NCBI GenBank assembly: GCA_019634635.1
Contig: JAHCBB010000006.1
Location: forward strand, 115,211-179,210
DNA: 64,000 nucleotides
Direction: 5' to 3'
DNA from: Verrucomicrobiia bacterium
GTDB taxonomy: Bacteria; Verrucomicrobiota; Verrucomicrobiia; Limisphaerales; UBA9464
In this document: piece by piece, positions 19,047 to 27,198 of the stretch
How positions within the stretch are numbered: position 1 is the stretch's first letter
Layout of the letters: every line of letters starts with the position of its first letter
The notes under the pieces: model-generated
Told to the model about the DNA's origin: nothing
What the model saw: the letters and a program-made list of their open reading frames with translations, nothing else
Database searches by the model: none
Translations under genes and position numbers: made by a program

Positions 19047-19085
19047 CATTTTCGAGGGCGCGACGCTGCGTGACAAAAGTCCGAT
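19028..19085. repeat. 58-bp direct repeat, copy 2 (overlaps the anticodon-arm part of the tRNA-like fragment)
   Basis: cgtcggtttaggaaaccgccattttcgagggcgcgacgctgcgtgacaaaagtccgat. 50/58 identical to 17644..17701. Confidence 0.85.
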
Positions 19086-19479
19086 CTGGCTCGTCAAGAG
19101 GGGGTTGGCGACGCCCAAATTCGCGCCGGTGGTTGACCGATTCCGGTCGTTATCGCGCAGTTTCATCCCTTTCCACTGTCGGAATCTGTCGGAATCCGGT
19201 CAGCGGTTTTGGGAACCGCGGACCGGCAGGTTCCGGCGTGCCGCAGCAGAAACGGAGCAAACCTGCCCGATTGGATACCGGGGTTCCGTTGGCATTGAAC
19301 GGTGGGGGAGGGTGCCGGATGGCTCCCCGTGAACCGTACGCGCCACCGGGAGTTCGGCATGCATGTGGGGACTCCACAGGCGGACCGCTCAGCACGGCTT
19401 CGCTTCACCGGGGTACCGCTGGGAGAGAGAGTGCAGGGAAAGGGCGGCAAGAGAGATTGCCTCCGAATCCGAGACGAGT

Positions 19480-19791
19480 GTGAATGTGCTGACCGCGCAG
19501 TTGGATGACACGACGGGGTTGGATGAACCGGCCTTGTTGGACCGGGCAACTTCGTTAGGCCGTGTCATGTTCTGCCAGGACGAAGATCTGCTGGTGGAAG
19601 CGACTCGGCGGCAGCGCGGCGGGCACTACTTTGGTGGCGTCGTTTACGCCCACCAACTGGGCGTCACGATTGGTCGGGCGGTCAACGATTTGGTGATTCT
19701 CGCACAAGTCCCCAGAACCGGAGGCGACAGGACCTCCGGGAAGGGCGGTCCACAATCGCGCACGTTGACTTCCAGCCTCTGGACACCATGA
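19480..19791 (+). pseudogene. PIN-like (DUF5615-type) toxin remnant, N-terminally truncated
   Basis: LDEPALLDRATSLGRVMFCQDEDLLVEATRRQRGGHYFGGVVYAHQLGVTIGRAVNDLVILAQV resembles the C-terminal two thirds of DUF5615 PIN-like proteins. The N-terminal ~25 aa are missing and the tail looks frame-shifted. Memory-based call. Confidence 0.3.
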
Positions 19792-19798
19792 TGCCTGC

Positions 19799-20044
19799 GT
19801 GAGAACCACGCTGACACTTGACCCCGACATTGCGGCCAGGGCGAGGAAGGGGGCGGTCCGGCTGAACAAGTCCTTCAAGGAGGTGATCAACGCCGCGTTG
19901 CGGGCGGGGCTTGATGACATCCTCGCGCCGCCGGCGGCCAAACCCTACCGGACGAAGCCGCGTCCTCTGGGCCTGCGCCAGGGCTTTTCCTACGACAACA
20001 TCTCCGAACTCATCGCCGCTGCGGAGGGCGAAGACCATTCATGA
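19799..20044 (+). CDS. vapB: type II antitoxin, VapB family
   Basis: 81 aa, GTG start. MRTTLTLDPDIAARARKGAVRLNKSFKEVINAALRAGL is the common VapB N-terminus. The stop overlaps the vapC start (ATGA at 20041-20044). Confidence 0.8.
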   Translation: MRTTLTLDPDIAARARKGAVRLNKSFKEVINAALRAGLDDILAPPAAKPYRTKPRPLGLRQGFSYDNISELIAAAEGEDHS

Positions 20045-20472
20045 CCCTCGTGGATGCCAATCTCCTTCTGTACGCCGAGGACAGCCTGTCGGAACACCAC
20101 GCAGCCGCCCTGACCTGGTGGGACGGCCAGCTCAGCGGCTCCGGGACCGTCGGGTTGTGCTGGCCGGTCCTGAACGCCTTCATCCGCATTGGCACCAATG
20201 CCCGCCTGCACCAGCGTCCGCTCACGCTCAAGGAAGCCATCGAACGTGTGCAGAGCTGGCTCGATCAACCCTGTGTGAGGGTCCTCCAGCCCACCGACCA
20301 GCACTGGACGATTTTCCAGCAGATGCTCCGGAGCGGGAATGCGGTGGGCAACCTGGTTTCCGACGCCCACCTCGCGGCGCTCGCCGTGGAACACAACGCC
20401 GTGCTGCATTCGACCGACGCCGACTTCTCACGCTTCCGAGGCCTCAAATGGAGAAATCCGCTTGCGGGATGA
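20041..20472 (+). CDS. vapC: type II toxin, PIN-domain VapC
   Basis: 143 aa. MTLVDANLLLY carries the first acidic residue; SDAHLAALAVEHNAVLHSTDADFSRF carries the distal PIN acidic residues. Confidence 0.85.
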   Translation: MTLVDANLLLYAEDSLSEHHAAALTWWDGQLSGSGTVGLCWPVLNAFIRIGTNARLHQRPLTLKEAIERVQSWLDQPCVRVLQPTDQHWTIFQQMLRSGNAVGNLVSDAHLAALAVEHNAVLHSTDADFSRFRGLKWRNPLAG

Positions 20473-20560
20473 TCCCGAAATTCTGGAGTGAGGTCGTCCG
20501 CGTTGCTCAGATAGGCGACGAGACGGCCCCCCGGCCCTCACCGAGGATGGGAGCGGCGGA

Positions 20561-21223
20561 ATGGCCTCCGAGGCCTTGGAGGAACTGACCCGTCTCGATC
20601 CGCCGCCATCCGCGGAATGTGTCCGCCAGTTTCGGGCAATGATTGACGCGGTACCCGAGGGAAAAATGACCCAACCAGAGGGGGCGGCCGGCTGGAACAC
20701 GAGGGGGGCAACGCTGATGGAGGTCGGCAAGGTGGACGACGCCCGGGTGTGCTTCGCCCAGGCGCTGGATCTGGACGCTGACTACGAGCCAGCGTGGCTC
20801 AATCTCGCCCTGTCCTTCGGACGCGTCCGCGACTTTGAACCGGCGCTGACCGTGCTGGACCGCTACCTGGGGGACTATCCATCGTCGGAACAGGGCTGGC
20901 ACCTGCGCGGCATGGCGTTGGCGAATCTGGAGCGACACGAAGAGGCCGTCTCCAGTTATGCCCGTGCCCTGAAGATCAACCCGCGGCTCGTCGAGGCGCT
21001 GCGGTGGTCAAGCGCGGCGCTGCTCCGTCTTGGCAGAAACCCGGAGGCCCTCGACGCCTGCCGGCGCGGACTGGAAATCGCCCCGGCCGATCTCGAACTG
21101 CTGTTCTTTCAATCCAAGGCCCTGCACCGGCTGGGACGGGAGGCGGAGGCCCTGCAGTGCACGGCGGAGATGAAGCGTCTCGATCCGGAGAAGGCGAGGG
21201 CGCTCCTGGAGGCAGACCCTTGA
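20561..21223 (+). CDS. TPR repeat protein
   Basis: 220 aa. Repeated 34-residue A/L/Y-rich units (WNTRGATLMEVGKVDDARVCFAQALDLDADYEPAW, GWHLRGMALANLERHEEAVSSYARALKINPRL, ...). Confidence 0.75.
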   Translation: MASEALEELTRLDPPPSAECVRQFRAMIDAVPEGKMTQPEGAAGWNTRGATLMEVGKVDDARVCFAQALDLDADYEPAWLNLALSFGRVRDFEPALTVLDRYLGDYPSSEQGWHLRGMALANLERHEEAVSSYARALKINPRLVEALRWSSAALLRLGRNPEALDACRRGLEIAPADLELLFFQSKALHRLGREAEALQCTAEMKRLDPEKARALLEADP

Positions 21224-21407
21224 AGGCCGACGCTCGGACGGACCTTGTTCACCGTGCCCGGTAACGATGATCCCGATCCGATTCGTGTGCTTCGAGCCCG
21301 TCGAGCCCTGGCATTCCCGAATCACGGAGATCGTCCTCGATTCTGAAGGAGTGGACTGAACCGCATTGAACCTTTGCCTCGAAGAACCAGCGCGGCAATC
21401 TGCCCCC

Positions 21408-22346
21408 ATGTCACGATGGTTGGTGTTGGTGATGATCAGCCTGCTCCCGGCAGCGGTCGGCGCCGAGCCCTCCCTGGCGGAACGTTTGGGCTACGCCGCG
21501 ACCGACCGGTTGCTGATCGTCAATGGCGACGATGTGGGCATGTGCCATGCGGCCAACGTCGCGACCGTGGACGCCCTGGAGAACGGACTCATGCGGTCGG
21601 CGACCATCCTCGTCCCGTGCCCCTGGTTTCCCGAGATTGCCGATCATGCGCGGACCCATCCGGAGAAGGATTTCGGGATCCATCTTTGCCAGACCTCGGA
21701 ATGGCGGCGGTATCGGTGGGGTCCGCTGTCGCCAAAGTCCGAGGTGCCCGGACTGGTGGATCCCGACGGCTACTTCTGGCACGAGACGCCCCAGGTGTAT
21801 GCGAAATCGAATCCGGGGGAGGCCCTGATCGAATCCCGGGCGCAGATCCGGAAGGCCCTGGCGGCGGGCGTGGATGTCACCCATCTGGACTCCCACATGG
21901 GCGTGCTCCAGTACCGTCCGGACTATTTGGAAAGCTATCTGCAGCTCGCCGTCGAGTTCGACCTGCCGGTGCGGATGGCCTCCGAGGAGGCCTTTGCCAG
22001 GGCCGGGCATTCCGGATGGCGCGAACGGTTCGCCGCCCGGGGAATCCTGTTTCCCGACGACCTCATCTTCGACATCCATTATACCAATCCCGGGGAGGTG
22101 AAGGGGTTTTGGATGGAACGTCTGGCGGACCTCAAGCCCGGGGTGACCGAGCTGTTCATCCACGCCGCGCTGCCGACGGACGAGCTGCAAGCGATCACCG
22201 GCACCTGGGCGGTGCGTGCGGCGGAACATGAACTCTTCACGCGGGATGCCGACCTGAGGGCCCTTCTGGAGGCGCAGGGCGTGAAGCTCATTGGCTTCCG
22301 TCCGATACGCGAGCTTCAGCGGCGGCTTCGGAAGTCCGGGCCGTGA
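21408..22346 (+). CDS. YdjC/ChbG-family carbohydrate deacetylase-like protein with signal peptide
   Basis: The track ORF starts at TTG 21366; the likelier start is ATG 21408 (MSRWLVLVMISLLPAAVGA). LIVNGDDVGMCHAANVATVDALENGLMRSATILV and DSHMGV fit the YdjC family. Confidence 0.75.
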   Translation: MSRWLVLVMISLLPAAVGAEPSLAERLGYAATDRLLIVNGDDVGMCHAANVATVDALENGLMRSATILVPCPWFPEIADHARTHPEKDFGIHLCQTSEWRRYRWGPLSPKSEVPGLVDPDGYFWHETPQVYAKSNPGEALIESRAQIRKALAAGVDVTHLDSHMGVLQYRPDYLESYLQLAVEFDLPVRMASEEAFARAGHSGWRERFAARGILFPDDLIFDIHYTNPGEVKGFWMERLADLKPGVTELFIHAALPTDELQAITGTWAVRAAEHELFTRDADLRALLEAQGVKLIGFRPIRELQRRLRKSGP

Positions 22347-22458
22347 CGGAGAATCACGATGGAGTCGCACCGGACCGGTTGACGTCGAAATTCGGTCCGT
22401 GGCTTTGAGACCGTGCAGCCCTGGGACGCGTGCGCCGACGTCCGGTCCCGGGGGGGTG

Positions 22459-23265
22459 CTACAATCCTCGGAAGAATGTCGCAGCCGTGGACGAGGTCGC
22501 CTCGGCGACGGCGTTGAGGTCGAGGCCCATGACCTGGGCGGCGCACTCTGCGATGTTTCGCACATGGGCGGGTTCGCAGCGCCGGCCCCGATGGGGCACA
22601 GGGGCCAGAAATGGGCAGTCGGTCTCCAGCATGTATTCGCCGGGCCGGACTCCGGACAGGGTTTCACGCAGGCCGGCGGCGTTCTTGAAGGTCAGGATCC
22701 CCGTCACGCTGATCAGCGAATCGAGGTGGCGCACGGCTTCCAGTTCGGCGGGGCCGCCGCCAAAGCAGTGGAACACGGCGCGAATCCGGGAAGCGTGCGG
22801 GGCAAACTGGTCGAGGGTGGGCTGCCACGAATCCCGGGTATGGATGACCACGTTGAGTCCGAGTTCCGCGGCCACCTCGAGCTGCTGCTCGAACACCACC
22901 TGCTGGCGGGTGATGATCGCGGCGTCCGCCCCGGGATCACCGCCCGGCTCCCGGGAGGGCAGCCGGTGGAAGTCGAGGCCGCATTCCCCGATGGCGACGA
23001 CCCCGGGTTGCCGCGCCAGTTCGCGCAACTCTGCCCGGAAATCCATTGGGGCCTCCCCGGCGTGGCCCGGATGCCAGCCGACCGCGGCGGACACCCCGGG
23101 CCATCGCCCGGCCAGGTTCACGGCGCGGCGGCTGGAGTCGAGATCGGTGCCGATGGTGACGATGCGGGTCACGCCCGCGTCGTGCGCCCGCCGCAGCACC
23201 GCCTCGAGATCGCCCGCAAACTCCGGGAAATCGAGGTGCGCATGGGTGTCCACGAGGGGCGTCAT
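22459..23265 (-). CDS. TatD family metal-dependent hydrolase
   Basis: Start set at ATG 23265 (MTPLVDTHAHLDF). Contains IGECGLDFHR, VVIHTRDS and ETDCPFLAP. Confidence 0.85.
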   Translation of the reverse strand: MTPLVDTHAHLDFPEFAGDLEAVLRRAHDAGVTRIVTIGTDLDSSRRAVNLAGRWPGVSAAVGWHPGHAGEAPMDFRAELRELARQPGVVAIGECGLDFHRLPSREPGGDPGADAAIITRQQVVFEQQLEVAAELGLNVVIHTRDSWQPTLDQFAPHASRIRAVFHCFGGGPAELEAVRHLDSLISVTGILTFKNAAGLRETLSGVRPGEYMLETDCPFLAPVPHRGRRCEPAHVRNIAECAAQVMGLDLNAVAEATSSTAATFFRGL

Positions 23266-23441
23266 GAATCTGGCGGATCTCCGATGCCCGAACTTCCCGG
23301 CGGAACCAAGCCGGAAGTTGCCGGTGCGCCGGATTTTGAGTGCTTGATTTGGCGGGCGGAGCCGCCGACCGTGACGGCGCAATGGCCGGGGCCGGATCCC
23401 GGGTGCCGGCTGCTTGCGGTACCGTTTCATCGCCCCCATCC

Positions 23442-24353
23442 ATGAAAACGTCCGCCCTCCCCCCTGGACCCCCTGCCCGGATTCATCCGGGTTCACCCGC
23501 GTTCACCCTCATTGAGTTGCTGGTGGTCATTGCGATCATCGCCATCCTCGCCGGCATGCTCCTGCCGGCCCTTGGGCGTGCCAAGGATCGTGCCCAGCTC
23601 ACGGTGGATCTGAACAACGTGAAGCAGATCCTGCTGGCCAACCAGTTGTACGCCGCGGACAACAATGACTACAACGCCCACCCGACGTGGGGTGGGGATC
23701 TGAGCGGGCCGGATGGCTGGGTGTACGCGACGCGGAACAACGGCCGGATCCCGGGAGGTCCGCAGACACCCGGATCCGCGGCCGGCCGGGATGTCAACTC
23801 GCTGCAGTTCAGCAATCAGGTGGCCTTTTTCCGCATCAGCCAGCTCGGACCCTTCTTGGGATCCCACAAGGTGTGCTGGTGTCCGAAGGACGTCGCCACC
23901 CGGGGTTCCGGACGGCTGCGGACGCTCTGGCTGGCGCGTCCGTTGAAGCTGACCTCCTACTGTTGGAACGGCACCATTGGTGGCTACAACAACATCGGCC
24001 GGTCACCGCCGTTTGGTGACGGGCGCACCTACAAGATCAGCGACTTCCTGGCGACCGACTGGCAGCTCTGGGAGCAGAACGAGCTGGACCCCCTCAATTT
24101 CAACGATGCCTCCAACGTGCCGCCGCCCGGAAATGCGGGCAACGGGGTCTCGATCCGGCATGCCGGCTCCTCCGGCTGGGGCAGCTTCAATAATCCCAAC
24201 GGCCAGGGCACCGCCACCCGGTTCCCCGGCGGTGCGGTGGTGGGCACCTTTGGAGGCGCCGCCCAGCTCCAGAAGTGGAATTACTCCTACGACCTGATCA
24301 ATCGGATTCCCTTTCCGAACGACATTTTCAACGGGCCGATCTACCGGCGCTGA
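23442..24353 (+). CDS. prepilin-type N-terminal cleavage/methylation domain protein (DUF1559-like pseudopilin)
   Basis: Start set at ATG 23442 (MKTSALPP...). [33 protein letters not shown]. The C-terminal part is Asn/Gly/Trp-rich with [13 protein letters not shown]. Confidence 0.85.
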   Translation: MKTSALPPGPPARIHPGSPAFTLIELLVVIAIIAILAGMLLPALGRAKDRAQLTVDLNNVKQILLANQLYAADNNDYNAHPTWGGDLSGPDGWVYATRNNGRIPGGPQTPGSAAGRDVNSLQFSNQVAFFRISQLGPFLGSHKVCWCPKDVATRGSGRLRTLWLARPLKLTSYCWNGTIGGYNNIGRSPPFGDGRTYKISDFLATDWQLWEQNELDPLNFNDASNVPPPGNAGNGVSIRHAGSSGWGSFNNPNGQGTATRFPGGAVVGTFGGAAQLQKWNYSYDLINRIPFPNDIFNGPIYRR

Positions 24354-24423
24354 AGCGTGACCTGGAATCGGGCGCTCCGGACGCCGGCTTGAGTTTCCCC
24401 CGGGTCCTTGGTTTTGTGCGGGC

Positions 24424-25245
24424 ATGTTGCGATCGGGAGCACTCGGAGGTTTTGGCGCCTGCAGTGTGGCATTGGCCGTGGCGGCTGGTGTGGTGCTGGG
24501 GCCGATGGGTTGTTCCACGGTTCCCGAGACGGGACGTCGTCAGTTGAACTTTCTGTCCTCGCAGGAGGAAATGCAGCTGGGGCTGACCGAGTTCAACAAG
24601 ATGAAGCAGGAGGTCCCGGTGTCGAAGGACCCCGATGGCAACGCGATGGTGCAGCGCGTCGGCCACCGGATTGCTGCGGTTGCCACCCTGCCCGATGCCC
24701 AGTGGGAATTCGTGCTCTTCGAGAGCCCTGAAGCCAACGCCTTTTGCCTGCCCGGGGGCAAGGTGGGCATCAACACGGGGATCCTTCCAATTTGTCAGGA
24801 CGACGCGGGGTTGGCGGCCGTGATGGGCCACGAGGTGGCGCATGCGGTTGCGCGGCACGGGGGCGAGCGGATGTCGCAAGCCCAGGCGATGGGGATCGCC
24901 GGACAGGTCGGCGCGGCGCTGATGGGCGGGTCGAAGTACGCCAGCTGGACGCCGGTCGTCACGCAGGCCTACGGAGTCGGCGCGCAATTGGGGGTGGCGC
25001 TTCCCCACAGCCGGTCCCAGGAGGCCGAGGCGGACGAGATCGGCATTCTCTACATGGCGCGGGCCGGTTACGATCCCAAGGCTGCGGTGGCGTTCTGGGA
25101 GCGGTTTGCCGAGTACAACCGAAGCCGCGGCGGCGCGAACACCGCGTGGTTCCTGAGCACGCATCCAACGGACGCCGCCCGCATTCGAAATTTGGAGTCG
25201 TTGCTGCCCCGGGCGGAGGCCGAATACCGGCCGGCGGGACCGTGA
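24424..25245 (+). CDS. M48 family zinc metallopeptidase, probable lipoprotein
   Basis: 273 aa. Signal with Cys (LGPMGCSTV). HEVAHAVARHG provides HExxH. The distal EADEIG motif is present. Confidence 0.85.
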   Translation: MLRSGALGGFGACSVALAVAAGVVLGPMGCSTVPETGRRQLNFLSSQEEMQLGLTEFNKMKQEVPVSKDPDGNAMVQRVGHRIAAVATLPDAQWEFVLFESPEANAFCLPGGKVGINTGILPICQDDAGLAAVMGHEVAHAVARHGGERMSQAQAMGIAGQVGAALMGGSKYASWTPVVTQAYGVGAQLGVALPHSRSQEAEADEIGILYMARAGYDPKAAVAFWERFAEYNRSRGGANTAWFLSTHPTDAARIRNLESLLPRAEAEYRPAGP

Positions 25246-25249
25246 GGGA

Positions 25250-25630
25250 TCGCCGCGCGCGAAGCGTCGTGGAGTGCGGTAGCCCTCTACCGCTTTCCCC
25301 CAGGGTTCAACGAACGCGGGAGGAGAAGGATGCGCCTCCGACGCGGAAGGAAGCCGCGGTGGCAAAGCGCCAGGGGGCTGGCGCAGTCCAAGACCTGGCG
25401 GCGTGCCGATGGCTTGTGGCGGTCGCGAAGCGTCGTGGAGTGCGGTAGCCCTCTACCGCTTTCCCCCAAGGTTCAACGAACGCAGGAGGTGAAGGATGCG
25501 CCCCCGCCGTGGAAGGAAGCCGCGGTGGCAAAGCGCCAGGGGGCTGGCGCAGTCCAAGACCTGGCGGCGTGCCGATGGTTTGTGGCGGTCGCGAAGCGTC
25601 GTGGAGTGCGGTAGCCCTCTACCGCTTTTC
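25250..25630 (+). repeat. 166-bp tandem repeat array, left block (2 full units plus a unit truncated after its first hairpin)
   Basis: The anchor gaagcgtcgtggagtgcggtagcc starts at 25261, 25427 and 25593, with exact 166-bp spacing. The third unit stops after ...ctaccgctttt. Confidence 0.95.
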
Positions 25631-25671
25631 AACGATAGCGGATCAGAGGGCTTGATGGCCATTGTCCCTCC

Positions 25672-26262
25672 ATGGTTGAGCTCAAGATCGCCTGGCCTCA
25701 CTCGCCAACCCATCAGCTTGCGACCGGCGGCACGTTTTTCGTCACGACGAGCACTTACCATAAGGATCACTATTTCTGCGGCGCTCAACGCCTCGGCGTG
25801 CTTCATCGTGGACTCCTCACGGTAGCGCGCGATCACGGCTGGCAACTCGAAGCCTGGGCGGTCTTTTCAAACCACTACCACTTTGTGGCCCATTCCCCGA
25901 TTGGCCAGCCTACTGCCGAAGACCTCAGCCGGATGTTGAAAACATTGCATGTGAGGACTTCGGGATGGTGCAACCGTCTGGATCGCACGCCGGGTCGACA
26001 GGTGTGGTTCAATTTCCGTGAGACACGACTGACCTATCAGAAGTCCTATTTCGCGCGGCTGAACTACACGCACCAAAACCCCGTGAAGCACGGCCTGGTG
26101 CCGGCGGCCGACCAGTATCCGTGGTGTTCCGCCGCATGGTTTGAGCGAACCGCCTCGCCAGCGCAGGTGAAGACGATCTACCGGTTCAGGACGGAAAAGC
26201 TGCAGGTTTACGACGATTTCGAACCATCTCCCGACTGGCGGATCGGCATCCATGCCTCGTGA
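25672..26262 (+). CDS. REP-associated tyrosine transposase (RAYT; IS200/IS605-type Y1 HUH enzyme)
   Basis: 196 aa, ATG start. HUH motif in AVFSNHYHFVAH. Catalytic-Tyr motif LNYTHQNPVKHGLV. The gene is bracketed within a few nt by REP-like hairpins. Confidence 0.8.
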   Translation: MVELKIAWPHSPTHQLATGGTFFVTTSTYHKDHYFCGAQRLGVLHRGLLTVARDHGWQLEAWAVFSNHYHFVAHSPIGQPTAEDLSRMLKTLHVRTSGWCNRLDRTPGRQVWFNFRETRLTYQKSYFARLNYTHQNPVKHGLVPAADQYPWCSAAWFERTASPAQVKTIYRFRTEKLQVYDDFEPSPDWRIGIHAS

Positions 26263-27140
26263 TTCGCGAAGCGTCGTGGAGTGCGGTAGCCCCCTACCGC
26301 TTTCCCCCAGGGTTCAACGAACGCGGGAGGTGAAGGATGCGCCCCCGACGTGGAAGGAAGCCGCGGTGGCAAAGCGCCAGGGGGCTGGCGCAGTCCAAGA
26401 CCTGGCGGCGTGCCGATGGCTTGTGGGGGTCGCGAAGCGTCGTGGAGTGCGGTAGCCCTCTACCGCTTTCCCCCAGGGTTCAACGAACGCGGGAGGTGAA
26501 GGATGCGCCCCCGCCGTGGAAGGAAGCCGCGGTGGCAAAGCGCCAGGGGGCTGGCGCAGTCCAAGACCTGGCGGCGTGCCGATGGCTTGTGGGGGTCGCG
26601 AAGCGTCGTGGAGTGCGGTAGCCCTCTACCGCTTTCCCCCGGGGTTCAACGAACGCGGGAGGTGAAGGATGCGCCCCCGACGCGGAAGGACGCCGCGGTG
26701 GCAAAGCGCCAAGGGGCTGGCGCAGTCCAAGACCTGGCGGCGTGCCGATGGCTTGTGGGGGTCGCGAAGCGTCGTGGAGTGCGGTAGCCCTCTACCGCTT
26801 TCCCCCGGGGTTCAACGAACGGGGGAGGAGAAGGATGCGCCCCCGACGCGGAAGGACGCCGCGGTGGCAAAGCGCCAGGGGGCTGGCGCAGTCCAAGACC
26901 TGGCGGCGTGCCGATGGCTTGTGGGGATCGCGAAGCGTCGTGGAGTGCGGTAGCCCTCTACCGCTTTCCCCCAGGGTTCAACGAACGCAGGAGGAGAAGG
27001 ATGCGCCCCCGACGTGGAAGGACGCCGCGGTGGTAAAGCGCCAGGGGGCTGGCGCAGTCCAAGACCTGGCGGCGTGTCGATGGCTTGTGGGGGTCGCGAA
27101 GCGTCGTGGAGTGCGGTAGCCCTCTACCGCTTTCCCCCCA
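26263..27140 (+). repeat. 166-bp tandem repeat array, right block (5 full units plus a truncated unit)
   Basis: Anchor starts at 26268, 26434, 26600, 26766, 26932 and 27098, all exactly 166 bp apart. The last unit keeps only the first hairpin. Differences between units are a few point changes in the inter-hairpin spacer. Confidence 0.95.
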
Positions 27141-27198
27141 GGCCTTCCCAATCTGCCGCTTGACCCGGCGCTTGCCGGTTCCGTGTCGGTTCGCACCG

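Noticed and set aside
19150-19480. A possible DUF433-type antitoxin upstream of the PIN-like remnant (e.g. the RLRFTGVPLGERVQ stretch in ORF 19302..19508).
   Set aside because: The resemblance to the GxPxxxGTRIPV motif is too weak and the rest of the ORF shows no DUF433 features.
26351-26370. The ggaaggaagc string inside each repeat unit resembles the conserved GGAAGGAAGC core of SRP (4.5S) RNA.
   Set aside because: The surrounding sequence does not form the SRP helix-8 structure and the motif recurs once per repeat unit. Chance resemblance.
25250-27140. Possibility that the regular repeat array is a CRISPR array.
   Set aside because: There are no unique spacers: whole 166-bp units, including the inter-hairpin segments, are near-identical. 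The unit is far longer than CRISPR repeats. No cas genes are present, and a RAYT gene is inside the array instead.
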